NCBI GenBank assembly: GCA_965243395.1
Contig: CBDEUS010000002.1
Coordinates: 352,001 to 416,000 of the forward strand
Source: Gammaproteobacteria bacterium
Lineage (GTDB): Bacteria > Pseudomonadota > Gammaproteobacteria > UBA4575
Reading direction: 5' to 3'
Length of the DNA stretch: 64,000 nt
In this document: positions 52,603 to 64,000 of the stretch, in pieces
Position numbering within the stretch: the first letter of the stretch is position 1
How the letters are laid out: every line of letters begins with the position of its first letter
The notes under the pieces: generated by a model
What the model saw: only the letters and a program-made list of their open reading frames with translations
Told to the model about the DNA's origin: nothing
Databases searched by the model: none
Translations under genes and position numbers: made by a program

Positions 52603-54144
52603 TTACCAAGTCCCTTTGGCTTTGAAGTCTTCAACTGCATTCTTTAGTGCAGCTTCAATTTCATCACTGTAATCACCCGTATCATTAATATTATCAAGCA
52701 TGTCTTTATGTTGTGATCGCATAAAATCGTGCATGGCTTTTTCAAAGTCCACTACCTTAGTTACTTCAACATCATCAACATAGCCTTGGTCTACAGCAAA
52801 TAAAGAAACAGCCATTTCAGCAATGGTTAAAGGTGAGTACTGCAATTGCTTCATTAATTCCATTACGCGCTCACCACGCTCTAACTGTTTACGTGTTTGC
52901 TCATCAAGGTCAGATGCAAACTGCGAGAATGCCGCAAGCTCACGATATTGGGCTAGGGCGAGTCGCACACCACCGCCAAGCTTTTTAATAATTTTTGTTT
53001 GTGCTGCACCACCTACTCGGGATACGGATAAACCTGCATTAATCGCTGGACGAAAACCTGAATTAAACAAATCCGATTCCAAAAAGATTTGTCCGTCGGT
53101 AATTGAAATTACATTTGTTGGTACAAAGGCTGATACGTCACCCGCTTGCGTTTCAATAATGGGTAGTGCAGTGAGTGACCCTGTTTGTCCTTTAACTTCT
53201 CCGTTAGTAAACGCTTCTACATATTCTGCATTCACACGGGAAGCGCGCTCTAATAAACGAGAATGTAAATAGAAGACGTCACCTGGATAAGCTTCTCGAC
53301 CCGGCGGTCGTCTTAACAATAAAGATACTTGTCGATACGCCCATGCTTGCTTAGTTAAATCATCATAAATAATCAAAGCATCTTCGCCACGGTCGCGGAA
53401 ATATTCGCCCATGGAACAACCCGAGTAAGGCGCAATGTATTGCATCGCTGCAGATTCTGAGGCACTGGCGGAGACAATAATTGTGTGCTCCATTGCGCCG
53501 TGTTCTTCAAGTTTGCGTACTACGTTGGCAACTGATGAATTTTTCTGGCCAATAGCAACGTAAATACATTTAATGCCAGTGCCTTTTTGGTTAATGATGG
53601 CATCAATAGCTACGGCAGTTTTACCGGTTTGACGATCACCAATAATCAATTCGCGTTGGCCGCGACCAATAGGCACCATGGAGTCAATGGATTTCAAGCC
53701 GGTTTGCACAGGCTGGCTTACAGACTGACGTTCGATTACACCCGGTGCAATTTTTTCTATCGGGGAACTAAGTGATGCATTGACTGGACCTTTACCATCA
53801 ATCGGTTCACCAAGCGAGTTCACAACCCGGCCTAACATCTCGGGACCTACGGGCACTTCAAGAATACGGCCGGTGCAAGAAACTTTGTCGCCTTCAACAA
53901 TATGTTTGTAATCACCTAATACAACGGCACCGACCGAATCACGTTCTAAGTTAAGCGCCATTCCAAAAGTGTTTTGTGGAAATTCCAACATCTCGCCCGC
54001 CATAACATCTGCAAGACCATGAATACGTACAATACCGTCGGTCACACCAACAACTGTGCCTTCAGTTCGCGCTTCAGCTACCGCTTCAAAATTTTCAATG
54101 CGGCTTTTTATAAGTTCACTAATTTCAGTTGGGTTAAGTTGCAT
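52603..54144 (-). CDS. atpA: ATP synthase alpha subunit
   Basis: GDRQTGKT and [21 protein letters not shown]. Confidence 0.99.
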   Translation of the reverse strand: MQLNPTEISELIKSRIENFEAVAEARTEGTVVGVTDGIVRIHGLADVMAGEMLEFPQNTFGMALNLERDSVGAVVLGDYKHIVEGDKVSCTGRILEVPVGPEMLGRVVNSLGEPIDGKGPVNASLSSPIEKIAPGVIERQSVSQPVQTGLKSIDSMVPIGRGQRELIIGDRQTGKTAVAIDAIINQKGTGIKCIYVAIGQKNSSVANVVRKLEEHGAMEHTIIVSASASESAAMQYIAPYSGCSMGEYFRDRGEDALIIYDDLTKQAWAYRQVSLLLRRPPGREAYPGDVFYLHSRLLERASRVNAEYVEAFTNGEVKGQTGSLTALPIIETQAGDVSAFVPTNVISITDGQIFLESDLFNSGFRPAINAGLSVSRVGGAAQTKIIKKLGGGVRLALAQYRELAAFSQFASDLDEQTRKQLERGERVMELMKQLQYSPLTIAEMAVSLFAVDQGYVDDVEVTKVVDFEKAMHDFMRSQHKDMLDNINDTGDYSDEIEAALKNAVEDFKAKGTW

Positions 54145-54196
54145 TTCTTTGTTCCTCTTTTGTACCCAAGTACTAAATAAATTATTTAATGTTTAA

Positions 54197-54733
54197 TTAA
54201 TTTGTAAGCGCAGTAGATAGTTTTTCTAAACGACCACTAACAGATCCATCAATTACTAAGTCTCCAGCACGAATTATCGCGCCACCAATAAGTGATGCAT
54301 CAATTTTAGAGGTAAGCCGTACCTCTTTGCCTAAACGATTTTTAAGTGAGGCAGTAATTTTAGCTAGTTGTGACTCACTTACTTCACTTGCAGAAATAAC
54401 TTCTGCCTCTATAGTTCCTTCAGCTTCAGCGCGGTAGTGTTCATACAACGCGGTAATTTCGGGTAATAATTTTAGACGATCATTCTCCGCCAACAGCTTG
54501 ATAAAATTTTTGCCACGTTGATCAATTTTTTCTTCACAAACAGAGATAAACATTTCAGCTGCTTGGTTTTGTGAAAGTCTTGGGCTATCTAATAAAGCCG
54601 TCATTGTAGGGTCATGTGCTACTGCTGCCATAAAGCCCAACATGTCTGTCCATTTTTGTTGCTCACCATTAGCCTTGGCAATATCAAATGCCGCTCTTGC
54701 ATACGGTCTAGCTGCTGTAGTGAGTTCTGACAT
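54197..54733 (-). CDS. atpH: ATP synthase delta subunit
   Basis: ARPYARAAF and IGGAIIRAGDLVIDGS. Confidence 0.97.
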   Translation of the reverse strand: MSELTTAARPYARAAFDIAKANGEQQKWTDMLGFMAAVAHDPTMTALLDSPRLSQNQAAEMFISVCEEKIDQRGKNFIKLLAENDRLKLLPEITALYEHYRAEAEGTIEAEVISASEVSESQLAKITASLKNRLGKEVRLTSKIDASLIGGAIIRAGDLVIDGSVSGRLEKLSTALTN

Positions 54734-54742
54734 ATCGCTTAT

Positions 54743-55213
54743 TTAAATTTGTGTAGCTAAGTCATCAAGAATGTCTTGATGCGTATCAGCATTAATCTCT
54801 TTCTTCAAAATTCGCTCAGCACCCGCAACTGCAATGGTAGAAACCTGTGCGCGCAATTGTTCTTTGGCACGGTTTACTTCTTTTTCTACTTCGGCATGTG
54901 CAGCTTCTTTAATGCGATTACCTTCTTCAACGGCAACAGATTTAGCGCCTTCAACTATTTCAGTCGCACGCTTTTGTGCTTGGCCAAGAATATCGGATGC
55001 TTGTTGTTTTGCTTCAGCAAGTTGTTTTGCGGCATTTTCTTCTGCAAGTTCTTGCTGTTTCATGCCACGTTCAGCTTCAGCTAAACCATCAGCGATTTTC
55101 TTTTTGCGTTCATCTAATGCGGCCATGATAGGAGGCCAAACAACTTTCATACAAAAAATAACGAACACCGCAAATGCTATCGATTGGCCAATAAGAGTTA
55201 AGTTAATGTTCAT
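54743..55213 (-). CDS. atpF: ATP synthase b subunit
   Basis: [14 protein letters not shown]...VWPP followed by a coiled coil. Confidence 0.97.
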   Translation of the reverse strand: MNINLTLIGQSIAFAVFVIFCMKVVWPPIMAALDERKKKIADGLAEAERGMKQQELAEENAAKQLAEAKQQASDILGQAQKRATEIVEGAKSVAVEEGNRIKEAAHAEVEKEVNRAKEQLRAQVSTIAVAGAERILKKEINADTHQDILDDLATQI

Positions 55214-55249
55214 TTGACTGCCTTAATTTCTTAATGTCTGCGTTCTAAG

Positions 55250-56410
<1,161 letters not shown>

Positions 56411-56413
56411 TTA

Positions 56414-56815
56414 TTAAGTTTGCTTGAGTGTTGGTTTGCTAAAAAAATGTGTAACAAGAGGCACGACCCACATGCATGAATGCACAATAAAGTACGTGGT
56501 AAATAATGTTATTGGATGTACGTCCTTATAATTTATTAATACAATTGCAAGTAATGCGATGGCTAAAATTAGCTTAATAAACTCCGCTACATAAATGGAA
56601 CGAAGCAAAGCACCAGCTTCCGCAATTCTACGTTTCGTAAACAACTGGCGCGCAAAATACATATTTGGTAATGCACAGATTGCACCGCCTAAAAATGCAG
56701 ATAATGCCAGATTAGGTTTAGCGACAAATAAAAATGCTGCTATACAAAATGTGATTAGCCATTGCCAAACCAGAATGTGATTTATTTGCGCAGGTATTGT
56801 TAATTTTTGAACCAA
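56414..56815 (-). CDS. atpI: ATP synthase protein I
   Basis: 4 TM; SAFLGG...LPN.YFA; E..K; first gene of the atp operon. Confidence 0.85.
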   Translation of the reverse strand: MVQKLTIPAQINHILVWQWLITFCIAAFLFVAKPNLALSAFLGGAICALPNMYFARQLFTKRRIAEAGALLRSIYVAEFIKLILAIALLAIVLINYKDVHPITLFTTYFIVHSCMWVVPLVTHFFSKPTLKQT

Positions 56816-56929
56816 TTTTTTAAATTATTAATTATACGGTTCATGCCTTCATCTCAAGCAACAGTATTTTTAAACCGCTATCGGCAACCGATTTTACGCA
56901 ACTCATCTTATGCTTTGACAGAGGCGCGA

Positions 56930-56958
56930 AGTATAAAATTTAGGCCATAAAATCTCAA
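56930..56958 (-). promoter_or_regulatory. sigma70 promoter of the atp operon
   Basis: TTGAGA-17 nt-TATACT followed by GC-rich discriminator TCGCGCC. Confidence 0.65.
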
Positions 56959-57000
56959 TAGAAACTAATGAATATGAGATCGTAACTATACGGATCTAAA

Positions 57001-57888
57001 TTATTTTGATTTGCCGATTAATTTTGCAACGATTCCCTCAAATTCATCGAGGTTGCTATATTTAATCTGCATGCGACCACTCCCATTTTGGCTATGTTGA
57101 ATCGATACGCTTGCACCTAAATGGTCAGATAAATTGTGCTCCATGCGAGAAACGTCCGGATCCTGGTGGCTCACTTTAGCATTTTTCTTTTTGCTACCTA
57201 CTTGTTGGTACTGTTTCACCAATGTTTCAGCGCCACGTACAGATAACTGGCGTTGAACAATAGCTTGGGCGCATTTAACTTGTTGTTTATCTTTTAGCGC
57301 CAACAACGCACGTGCATGCCCCATTTCTAAGTCGTTTTGATTTAGCATGGCCTTTACCGGTTCAGCTAATTCTAATAAGCGCAGGCTATTACTGACTGCA
57401 GAGCGGGAACGAGACACCACTTCACCCACTTCCTGGTGGGTCAGACCAAATTTATCGATCAAATTGGCGAATGCTTGTGCTTCTTCTAAGGGATTAAGAT
57501 CTTCACGTTGAAGGTTTTCAATAATCGCAATGGCTGCAGCTTCTTGATCATTAACACTCTTAATAACAGCGGGAATTTCTTGTAATCCTGCCTGCTGTGC
57601 TGCACGCCATCGACGTTCGCCTGCAATGAGTTCAAATTCATCGCCTGTTTTACGTACAACGATAGGTTGAACGACACCTTGTTGACGTATCGAACTCGCA
57701 AGGGCTTCAAGTGCTTCAGGCTCCATAGCCTGTCGTGGTTGATAAGGACTCTGATGAATTAAATCCACAGGTAAGGTTTGTAGTGATTTAGCCGATCCTG
57801 TGTTGTTGCTTATGGCGCTCTCGGTTTCCGCAGCACTTAGCAATACATCTACGCCTAGCGCTCCGAGACCTCGTTTTTTCTTAACCAT
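57001..57888 (-). CDS. parB: Chromosome partitioning protein ParB
   Basis: PYQPR, AGERRWRA, ENLQREDL, GHARALL. Confidence 0.96.
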   Translation of the reverse strand: MVKKKRGLGALGVDVLLSAAETESAISNNTGSAKSLQTLPVDLIHQSPYQPRQAMEPEALEALASSIRQQGVVQPIVVRKTGDEFELIAGERRWRAAQQAGLQEIPAVIKSVNDQEAAAIAIIENLQREDLNPLEEAQAFANLIDKFGLTHQEVGEVVSRSRSAVSNSLRLLELAEPVKAMLNQNDLEMGHARALLALKDKQQVKCAQAIVQRQLSVRGAETLVKQYQQVGSKKKNAKVSHQDPDVSRMEHNLSDHLGASVSIQHSQNGSGRMQIKYSNLDEFEGIVAKLIGKSK

Positions 57889-57902
57889 AATTTTACAATC
57901 GT

Positions 57903-58703
57903 TCAGTTAGCCATAGCTGAGGATATGGCATGGGTTTGTGCTTCGTCTCGACGTAACATCTCGCCCGCAAGTGCTAAATAAGCCAATGCACCACGCGAAC
58001 GCTTATCGTACAAAAGTACGGGTAAACCATGGCTAGGCGCTTCTGCTAATGTGACGTTACGCGGAATAATCGTGCGGTAGACACTTTCGCCAAAATGTGA
58101 TGTTAATTGGGCTGATACATCATTGGCTAAGTTATTGCGTGGATCATACATCGTGCGCAACAAGCCTTCGATTTTTAAATCCGGATTAGACGACATGCGG
58201 ATACGCTCGATCGTCTGTGTTAAGGCAGACAAACCTTCTAAAGCATAGTATTCACACTGGGTGGGAATAATAACGCTACTTGCCGCAACTAAGCCGTTTA
58301 CTGTGAGCATGTTTAATGAAGGCGGGCAGTCGATAAAAATATAGTCGTAGTCCTCGGTTACTTCCTGAAGGGCATTACGTAATTTAAATTCGCGCCTGTC
58401 TACGTCAAGTAATTGCACTTCGGCTATGGTTAACTGTTCATTGCCAGGTAATAAATCATAACCACCTTTGCTGCCATGAACTATACACTCGCTAATTGTT
58501 GCTTCATCCAGCAATACATTAGCAGTGCTTTTTTCGACCGTTCGCTTATCCACACCCGAACCCATTGTGGCATTACCTTGTGGATCTAGATCAATGAGCA
58601 ACACGCTGCGATTCGTCGCAGACATGGAGGCCGCTAAATTTACTGAGGTTGTAGTTTTACCTACGCCACCTTTTTGGTTAGTTACCGAAATAATTTTAGC
58701 CAT
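57903..58703 (-). CDS. parA: Chromosome partitioning ATPase ParA/Soj
   Basis: NQKGGVGKTT, DLDPQGNAT, DCPPSL, LAEAPSHG. Confidence 0.96.
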   Translation of the reverse strand: MAKIISVTNQKGGVGKTTTSVNLAASMSATNRSVLLIDLDPQGNATMGSGVDKRTVEKSTANVLLDEATISECIVHGSKGGYDLLPGNEQLTIAEVQLLDVDRREFKLRNALQEVTEDYDYIFIDCPPSLNMLTVNGLVAASSVIIPTQCEYYALEGLSALTQTIERIRMSSNPDLKIEGLLRTMYDPRNNLANDVSAQLTSHFGESVYRTIIPRNVTLAEAPSHGLPVLLYDKRSRGALAYLALAGEMLRRDEAQTHAISSAMAN

Positions 58704-58712
58704 GCGTTTTAA

Positions 58713-59339
58713 CTATACTTTTTCGACGATGACGATGTGTCGTTGTGCCTCGAGTTGTGGAATTTTTACGCGATGAGTTTTGAGTACATTATATCGTTTT
58801 GGCAACCCTTCGAGTCGATTTTGTTTGCCCAGCATAAAAATAATTCGTCCTGCCTGATCTAAGCTTTGCAGCATAGATTCGCAGCGCTCAAAAAGTTCAT
58901 TGCTATTGGCAAAAGCACGGCTGATGAGGGTATGGAATATCTGCTTGGGCAAATATTGTTCAGCTCGTTGATGCACAACCTGGATGTTTTTTAGCCCGAG
59001 TTCAATATTTGCCTGCAGAATAAAGTGGGTTTTTTTGGCGTTGCTATCGAGTAATACAAATTGCTTATCCAGGCAAATGATCGCCAGAGGTATGCCAGGT
59101 AAGCCTGCGCCGCTTCCCACATCGATAACATTTTTGCCTGTCAAGTAAACAGCAGCTGAAAGACTATCAAGAATATGCTTGCTAATAATCTCTTGCGTGT
59201 CATCGATTGCCGTTAGGTTATAGGTCTTATTCCATTTTTGCAGCAATTCAACGTAATGTTGTAATTGTTGAAGTTGAGTTTCACTAACTGTTAACCCTAA
59301 TTCCTGCACACCCCTGTTAAGTAGTTGTGTGGCATCCAT
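58713..59339 (-). CDS. rsmG: 16S rRNA m7G527 methyltransferase
   Basis: WNKTYNLT, HILDS, DVGSGAGLPG, SRAF. Confidence 0.95.
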   Translation of the reverse strand: MDATQLLNRGVQELGLTVSETQLQQLQHYVELLQKWNKTYNLTAIDDTQEIISKHILDSLSAAVYLTGKNVIDVGSGAGLPGIPLAIICLDKQFVLLDSNAKKTHFILQANIELGLKNIQVVHQRAEQYLPKQIFHTLISRAFANSNELFERCESMLQSLDQAGRIIFMLGKQNRLEGLPKRYNVLKTHRVKIPQLEAQRHIVIVEKV

Positions 59340-59350
59340 AGGAGTTATTG

Positions 59351-61240
59351 TTAAGCGCTTTTTCGGGAAGGCTTAGATTTTAAATGTACCAACAGTAATG
59401 AAATTGTAGAGGGTGTGATTCCAGAAATTCTCGCAGCTTGTCCAATCGTTAATGGTTTAATTTCGGAAAGTTTTTGCTTAGCTTCATTTGATAATCCAGA
59501 TATCGCTGCATAGTTAAAATCTTGCGGCAATTTTACTTCTTCTTGTTGCATTAAACGCTCAACCTGTACTTTTTGGCGTTCGATATAACCAGCATATTTG
59601 GCTTGAATTTCTAATTGCTCACAAATTTCTGCAGGGATATCACTTAAATCTTGTTTGCTAAGTTTTTGCAGGTTTTCAAAATCAACTTCAGGGCGGCGCA
59701 GTAATTCATACATGCTGTATTCGTGTTTGAGTGGAGCGTTTAAAATTTCTTGAGCAGTTCTCTGATCTACATCGTTTGCTTGCACATAGCTATTTTGTAA
59801 ACGTTGACGTTGTTGTTCTAATACTTGGCGTTTATTAGAGAATGACTCCCATTGTGTTTCGGTTAAACATCCCAACTCATGTGCAGTTTCGCTCAATCGT
59901 AAATCAGCATTGTCTTGTCGAAGTTGTAATCTAAATTCTGCGCGACTGGTAAACATTCGATACGGTTCTATAGTCCCTCGTGTGACGAGATCATCAATCA
60001 TCACGCCGATGTAAGCTTGGTCACGACGCGGCAACCAGGCCTCTTGCTGACGCATATGTTGCACGGCGTTAATGCCTGCAACCAAGCCTTGTGCTGCAGC
60101 TTCTTCATAGCCGGTAGTGCCATTGATTTGTCCTGCGAAAAATAATCCTTCGATCGATTTAGTTTCCAAACTTGGCTTTAAATCACGCGGATCAAAATAA
60201 TCATACTCAATTGCATAACCGGGGCGTGTGATATGTGCATCTTCAAATCCTTTTATAGTACGCACAAATTTTTGTTGGGTTGCAAACGGCAAACTTGTGG
60301 AAATGCCATTGGGATACACTTCTTGTGTTTGCAGGCCTTCGGGCTCTATAAAAATTTGGTGTTTGTCGCGCTCCGCAAAACGCGTGACCTTATCCTCAAT
60401 AGAAGGACAATAGCGTGGCCCGGTGCTATCGATATTGCCGTTATACATTGGCGAGAGATTTAAATCTTGTCTAATAATTTCATGAGTTTGTTCGTTGGTA
60501 TAAGTGATAGAGCAGTTCACTTGTTCAGGATGGTTTGCAGATTCACCCCAATAAGAAAATACGGGTGTCGGTTTGTCACCCGGTTGAATTTCGGTTTTTG
60601 AGTAATCGATTGTGCGGCCATCAATTCTCGGTGGCGTGCCTGTTTTTAAGCGCCCCACACGTAAATCTAAATCTCGTAGGCGCTTTGCCAAGGTAATTGC
60701 CGGGGGGTCTCCCGCACGACCCGCAGCATAATTATCATTACCAATATGAATTTTACCGCCCAGAAATGTTCCGGTCGTTAACACTACAGATTGGGCTTTA
60801 AATGTGAGCCCACTTTGAGTGACCACACCATCAATGCGATCATTTTTAATTAGCAAATCATCAACGGCTTGTTGAAACAGTTGTAAATTTTCCTGATTTT
60901 CAACCTGCTTGCGAATCGCAGCTTTGTATAAAACGCGATCGGCCTGTGCGCGTGTTGCGCGAACTGCTGGGCCTTTGCGTGAATTAAGCACCCGAAATTG
61001 AATACCGCCCATATCCGCCGCAATGGCCATCGCCCCGCCCATAGCATCTATTTCTTTTACTAAATGACTTTTACCAATGCCGCCAATTGCAGGATTACAA
61101 CTCATTTGGCCAATCGTTTCGATATTGTGAGTAATGAGTAAAGTGCTTGCACCCATGCGTGCAGAAGCTAAAGCAGCCTCGGTGCCAGCGTGACCGCCAC
61201 CGATAACGATGACGTTATAAGTTTGTTCCTTCGTGCTCAT
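59351..61240 (-). CDS. mnmG: tRNA uridine modification enzyme MnmG/GidA
   Basis: [42 protein letters not shown]. Start set at MSTKEQ (61240). Confidence 0.98.
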   Translation of the reverse strand: MSTKEQTYNVIVIGGGHAGTEAALASARMGASTLLITHNIETIGQMSCNPAIGGIGKSHLVKEIDAMGGAMAIAADMGGIQFRVLNSRKGPAVRATRAQADRVLYKAAIRKQVENQENLQLFQQAVDDLLIKNDRIDGVVTQSGLTFKAQSVVLTTGTFLGGKIHIGNDNYAAGRAGDPPAITLAKRLRDLDLRVGRLKTGTPPRIDGRTIDYSKTEIQPGDKPTPVFSYWGESANHPEQVNCSITYTNEQTHEIIRQDLNLSPMYNGNIDSTGPRYCPSIEDKVTRFAERDKHQIFIEPEGLQTQEVYPNGISTSLPFATQQKFVRTIKGFEDAHITRPGYAIEYDYFDPRDLKPSLETKSIEGLFFAGQINGTTGYEEAAAQGLVAGINAVQHMRQQEAWLPRRDQAYIGVMIDDLVTRGTIEPYRMFTSRAEFRLQLRQDNADLRLSETAHELGCLTETQWESFSNKRQVLEQQRQRLQNSYVQANDVDQRTAQEILNAPLKHEYSMYELLRRPEVDFENLQKLSKQDLSDIPAEICEQLEIQAKYAGYIERQKVQVERLMQQEEVKLPQDFNYAAISGLSNEAKQKLSEIKPLTIGQAARISGITPSTISLLLVHLKSKPSRKSA

Positions 61241-61302
61241 ATGCTCAGATATTGTACTGAAGGTCATCGAATTACTCGACTCCCCATAGGTGTCATAGCG
61301 GC

Positions 61303-62637
61303 TTATTTGCCTATGCAAAACTCACTGAATATTTTGCCGAGTAGCTCGTCTGAAGAGAATTCACCAGTGATCTCGTTTAAATGTTGTTGGGCGGAGCGTA
61401 AGTCTTCAGCTATTAGCTCTAATGCCGTTGTGTCATTTAACCGCTGTGCAGCTAATTGAATATTATGCTGTGTTTGTTGTAAGGCGATGACGTGTCGGCT
61501 TCTTGCTAAAAAGGGCGTGTCGCCACTTTCCTGACCACCAAGCCGTTGACCAATAACATCAAGCAATTCGGTAATTCCCTGTTGAGTGATGGTTGATATG
61601 TAAAGTTTATCTGTGTCGCTATCTATGGTGACTAAATCACTTTTGTTATGAATTGTTATAACTTTTTTTGTATCGAACTCATTGGGCAATTCATCAATCT
61701 CTTCATCGCTCGCATCAATCAACCACAAAATTAAATCCGCCTGTTGAAGAGCTTCTTGTGCGCGCTCTATTCCTTTGCTTTCAACAACGTCATTAGTCTT
61801 ACGTAAACCCGCGGTGTCAATTAAGCGTACAGGAATGCCACAGATTTGAATGTCTGCATTTAATGGATCACGTGTTGTTCCGGGGATCTCAGTAACAATG
61901 GCCACATCACTTTGTGCTAATACATTTAACAAACTTGATTTGCCTGCATTGGGTCGGCCGGCAATCGCAAGTGTTGCGCCTTGCTGTAAGCGCTCACCTA
62001 CTTTAGCTTGTTCTAATAATTCATCTAAAGTTTCATTTAAATCTTTTAGTTGGGATTGTATTTGCCCAAGCTGCTGTCGATCTATTTCCTCGTCCGGAAA
62101 ATCTAAATTAGCCTCAATATGCATTCGCGATTGAATTAACTTCTCTAGGATTGTTTGCACACGCTTTGAAAATGCGCCTTGTAATGATCTTGTTGCTGTA
62201 CGAGCAGATTGTTCTGTTGTGCTATTAATTAAATCCGCAATGGCTTCGGCTTGTGTTAAATCAATTTTATTATTTAAAAACGCGCGCAAGCTAAACTCAC
62301 CCGCAGTTGCAAGACGTGCGCCTTCAACACAAAGCGCCTTTAACAAAGATTCGGCTACGAGTGGATTACCATGGCAGTGAAATTCGACAACATCTTCGCC
62401 AGTAAAAGATGCGGGCGCCTGAAAAAAAATAGTTAGCCCTTGGTCAATTACACTTCCGTCCTGATTTAAAAAACTCGTAAAAACCGCTTGACGTGCAACC
62501 AATGATGTCTTTGTTATCTTTTCGGCAACCTCCCGGGCTTGCTTGCCTGACAGGCGAACAATGGCTAAAGCGCCGCGCCCTGGCGGGGTAGCAATGGCGC
62601 AGATCAGTTCTTTTTGTGAGATGTTCTCATCGGGCAT
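61303..62637 (-). CDS. mnmE: tRNA modification GTPase MnmE/TrmE
   Basis: [35 protein letters not shown]. Confidence 0.98.
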   Translation of the reverse strand: MPDENISQKELICAIATPPGRGALAIVRLSGKQAREVAEKITKTSLVARQAVFTSFLNQDGSVIDQGLTIFFQAPASFTGEDVVEFHCHGNPLVAESLLKALCVEGARLATAGEFSLRAFLNNKIDLTQAEAIADLINSTTEQSARTATRSLQGAFSKRVQTILEKLIQSRMHIEANLDFPDEEIDRQQLGQIQSQLKDLNETLDELLEQAKVGERLQQGATLAIAGRPNAGKSSLLNVLAQSDVAIVTEIPGTTRDPLNADIQICGIPVRLIDTAGLRKTNDVVESKGIERAQEALQQADLILWLIDASDEEIDELPNEFDTKKVITIHNKSDLVTIDSDTDKLYISTITQQGITELLDVIGQRLGGQESGDTPFLARSRHVIALQQTQHNIQLAAQRLNDTTALELIAEDLRSAQQHLNEITGEFSSDELLGKIFSEFCIGK

Positions 62638-62676
62638 AGATGCGCCCTTTAAATATTGATTTATAGCAACTGAATT

Positions 62677-64000
62677 TTAATACGCTTCGTTCTCGATACG
62701 CTTTGTTATTACATATTGCTGAATAATTGAAAGAATATTATTCACCAACCAATACAACACCAAACCAGCCGGGAAAAAAGCCATAAAAATTGTCATCATA
62801 ATAGGCATCATGGCGAATATCTTTGCCTGCATGGGATCGGGTGGTGCAGGGTTTAATTTGAATTGCACATACATGCTTATTCCCATTAGTAATGGAAGAA
62901 TAAAAATTGGATCGCGCACAGACAAATCATTTATCCATAACATAAACGGCGCTTGACGTAGTTCAACACTTTCTATTAGCACCCAATATAACGCCAAGAA
63001 TACTGGCATTTGTATTAATATCGGCAAACAGCCTTTGGCAGGGTTTACTTTTTCTTTGCGATATAACTCCCAAGTTGCCTGACCTAGTTTCTGTTTATCC
63101 TCTGCATATCGCTCTTGTAAAGCTTTAACGCGCGGTTGTAGTTTGCGCATACGCGCCATAGATTTGTAACTGGTTTCTGATAATTTATAAAAAACAAGTT
63201 TGATTACAATCGTTACTAAAATGATAGACCATCCCCAATTACCGACCATGTTGTGAAACCACTGCATCAACCAAAACAATGGCTTGGACAAAATAGAAAA
63301 CATTCCGTAATCGACACTTAGATCTAGGCCTTTAGCAATGTCTTGCATGTCATCTTGTATTTTTGGTCCGGTATAAAGGCGTCGTTTAAACTCTGCGCTT
63401 GTGTTCGGAGCAATTGTTTTAGCTTCAGAAAGCATGCCTATCAAAAGTTGTTGCTCGTCGTTGGCAGCTTTAACTGCCTTGCTGTAAAAACGATTTTGCT
63501 CACTTTGCTCTGGCACCCAGGCAGAAACAAAATAATGCTGCAGCATGGCGACCCAGCCACCTTCCACAGACATGCTGATGGGTTCATCTACTACGTCTTC
63601 AAAAGAGTGTTTGTGGTAGGCGCCATCAAAATATGCAGTGCCCGTATACGTTGGCAAACGTAACCAGCTGCGGTTTTCTGGAACAGGGCTATGTCTGAGT
63701 TGTTGATACTGTCTTCCAACCCACGTGCGATCACTGCGGTTTGTTACACGATGAGTAACGTCGTAGACAAAAGCTCCGCGCTTGAACGTGTAAATTTTTT
63801 CTACTTCAATACCATTTAGACTTTTCCAAGTGAGGTTTACTTTTAACTCATCCTTACCTTCTGCCAGCTGATAGTTAGTTTTTTCTACGTTGTAAATTTC
63901 ATGGTGTGTGGGCGCCATGCCGGTAATCGATTGACCATTTATTTTGTCATGACGTAAGCCGGATTGTGCAATATACGTGCGTGCATCGCTGCGCATTAAA
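62677..64000 (-). CDS. yidC: Membrane protein insertase YidC (N-terminus outside the window)
   Basis: VDYG, GNWGWSII, NPAKGCLPILIQMP, WINDLS, GLVLYW. Confidence 0.97.
   Translation of the reverse strand, partial: LMRSDARTYIAQSGLRHDKINGQSITGMAPTHHEIYNVEKTNYQLAEGKDELKVNLTWKSLNGIEVEKIYTFKRGAFVYDVTHRVTNRSDRTWVGRQYQQLRHSPVPENRSWLRLPTYTGTAYFDGAYHKHSFEDVVDEPISMSVEGGWVAMLQHYFVSAWVPEQSEQNRFYSKAVKAANDEQQLLIGMLSEAKTIAPNTSAEFKRRLYTGPKIQDDMQDIAKGLDLSVDYGMFSILSKPLFWLMQWFHNMVGNWGWSIILVTIVIKLVFYKLSETSYKSMARMRKLQPRVKALQERYAEDKQKLGQATWELYRKEKVNPAKGCLPILIQMPVFLALYWVLIESVELRQAPFMLWINDLSVRDPIFILPLLMGISMYVQFKLNPAPPDPMQAKIFAMMPIMMTIFMAFFPAGLVLYWLVNNILSIIQQYVITKRIENEAY

Noticed and set aside
61241-61302. oriC between mnmE and mnmG
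   Set aside because: Only ~60 bp with no DnaA-box or GATC cluster; the lone TTATCCACA seen lies inside parA.
59351-61318. N-terminally extended 655-aa MnmG
   Set aside because: The extension overlaps mnmE and precedes the conserved start; an ORF-caller artefact.

Overview
AT-rich gammaproteobacterial chromosome segment close to the replication origin. The left end carries nitrogen-control and housekeeping genes: glnL (partial), DUF4124, glnA, glyQS-gmhB-plsC, prk, sulP, trmB, thiG/S/O and an Irr-like Fur protein. The right end carries the conserved yidC-mnmE-mnmG-rsmG-parAB-atpIBEFHAGDC-glmU-glmS block. Between them are three things. First, a ~10.6 kb nine-gene envelope operon built around a MotA/TolQ/ExbB channel, with two ExbD-like TM(Asp)-coiled-coil-vWA proteins, an actin/Hsp70-like+FHA-like protein, an FHA-like-PEGA-FGE-sulfatase protein, a TPR protein and lipoproteins; this is the best candidate for an uncharacterised machine. 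Second, accessory genes (GlyGly-CTERM metalloprotease, Zur-box MerC, CDF). Third, a peroxide-stress cluster (katG, oxyR). Non-coding signals are a sigma54-driven CsrB-like RNA with an embedded 43-aa ORF, a c-di-GMP-I riboswitch with no obvious ORF behind it, and an OxyS-positioned hairpin sRNA candidate with an anti-SD loop. No rRNA, tRNA, CRISPR or transposase was seen. All family calls are from motif recognition by eye, not database searches.
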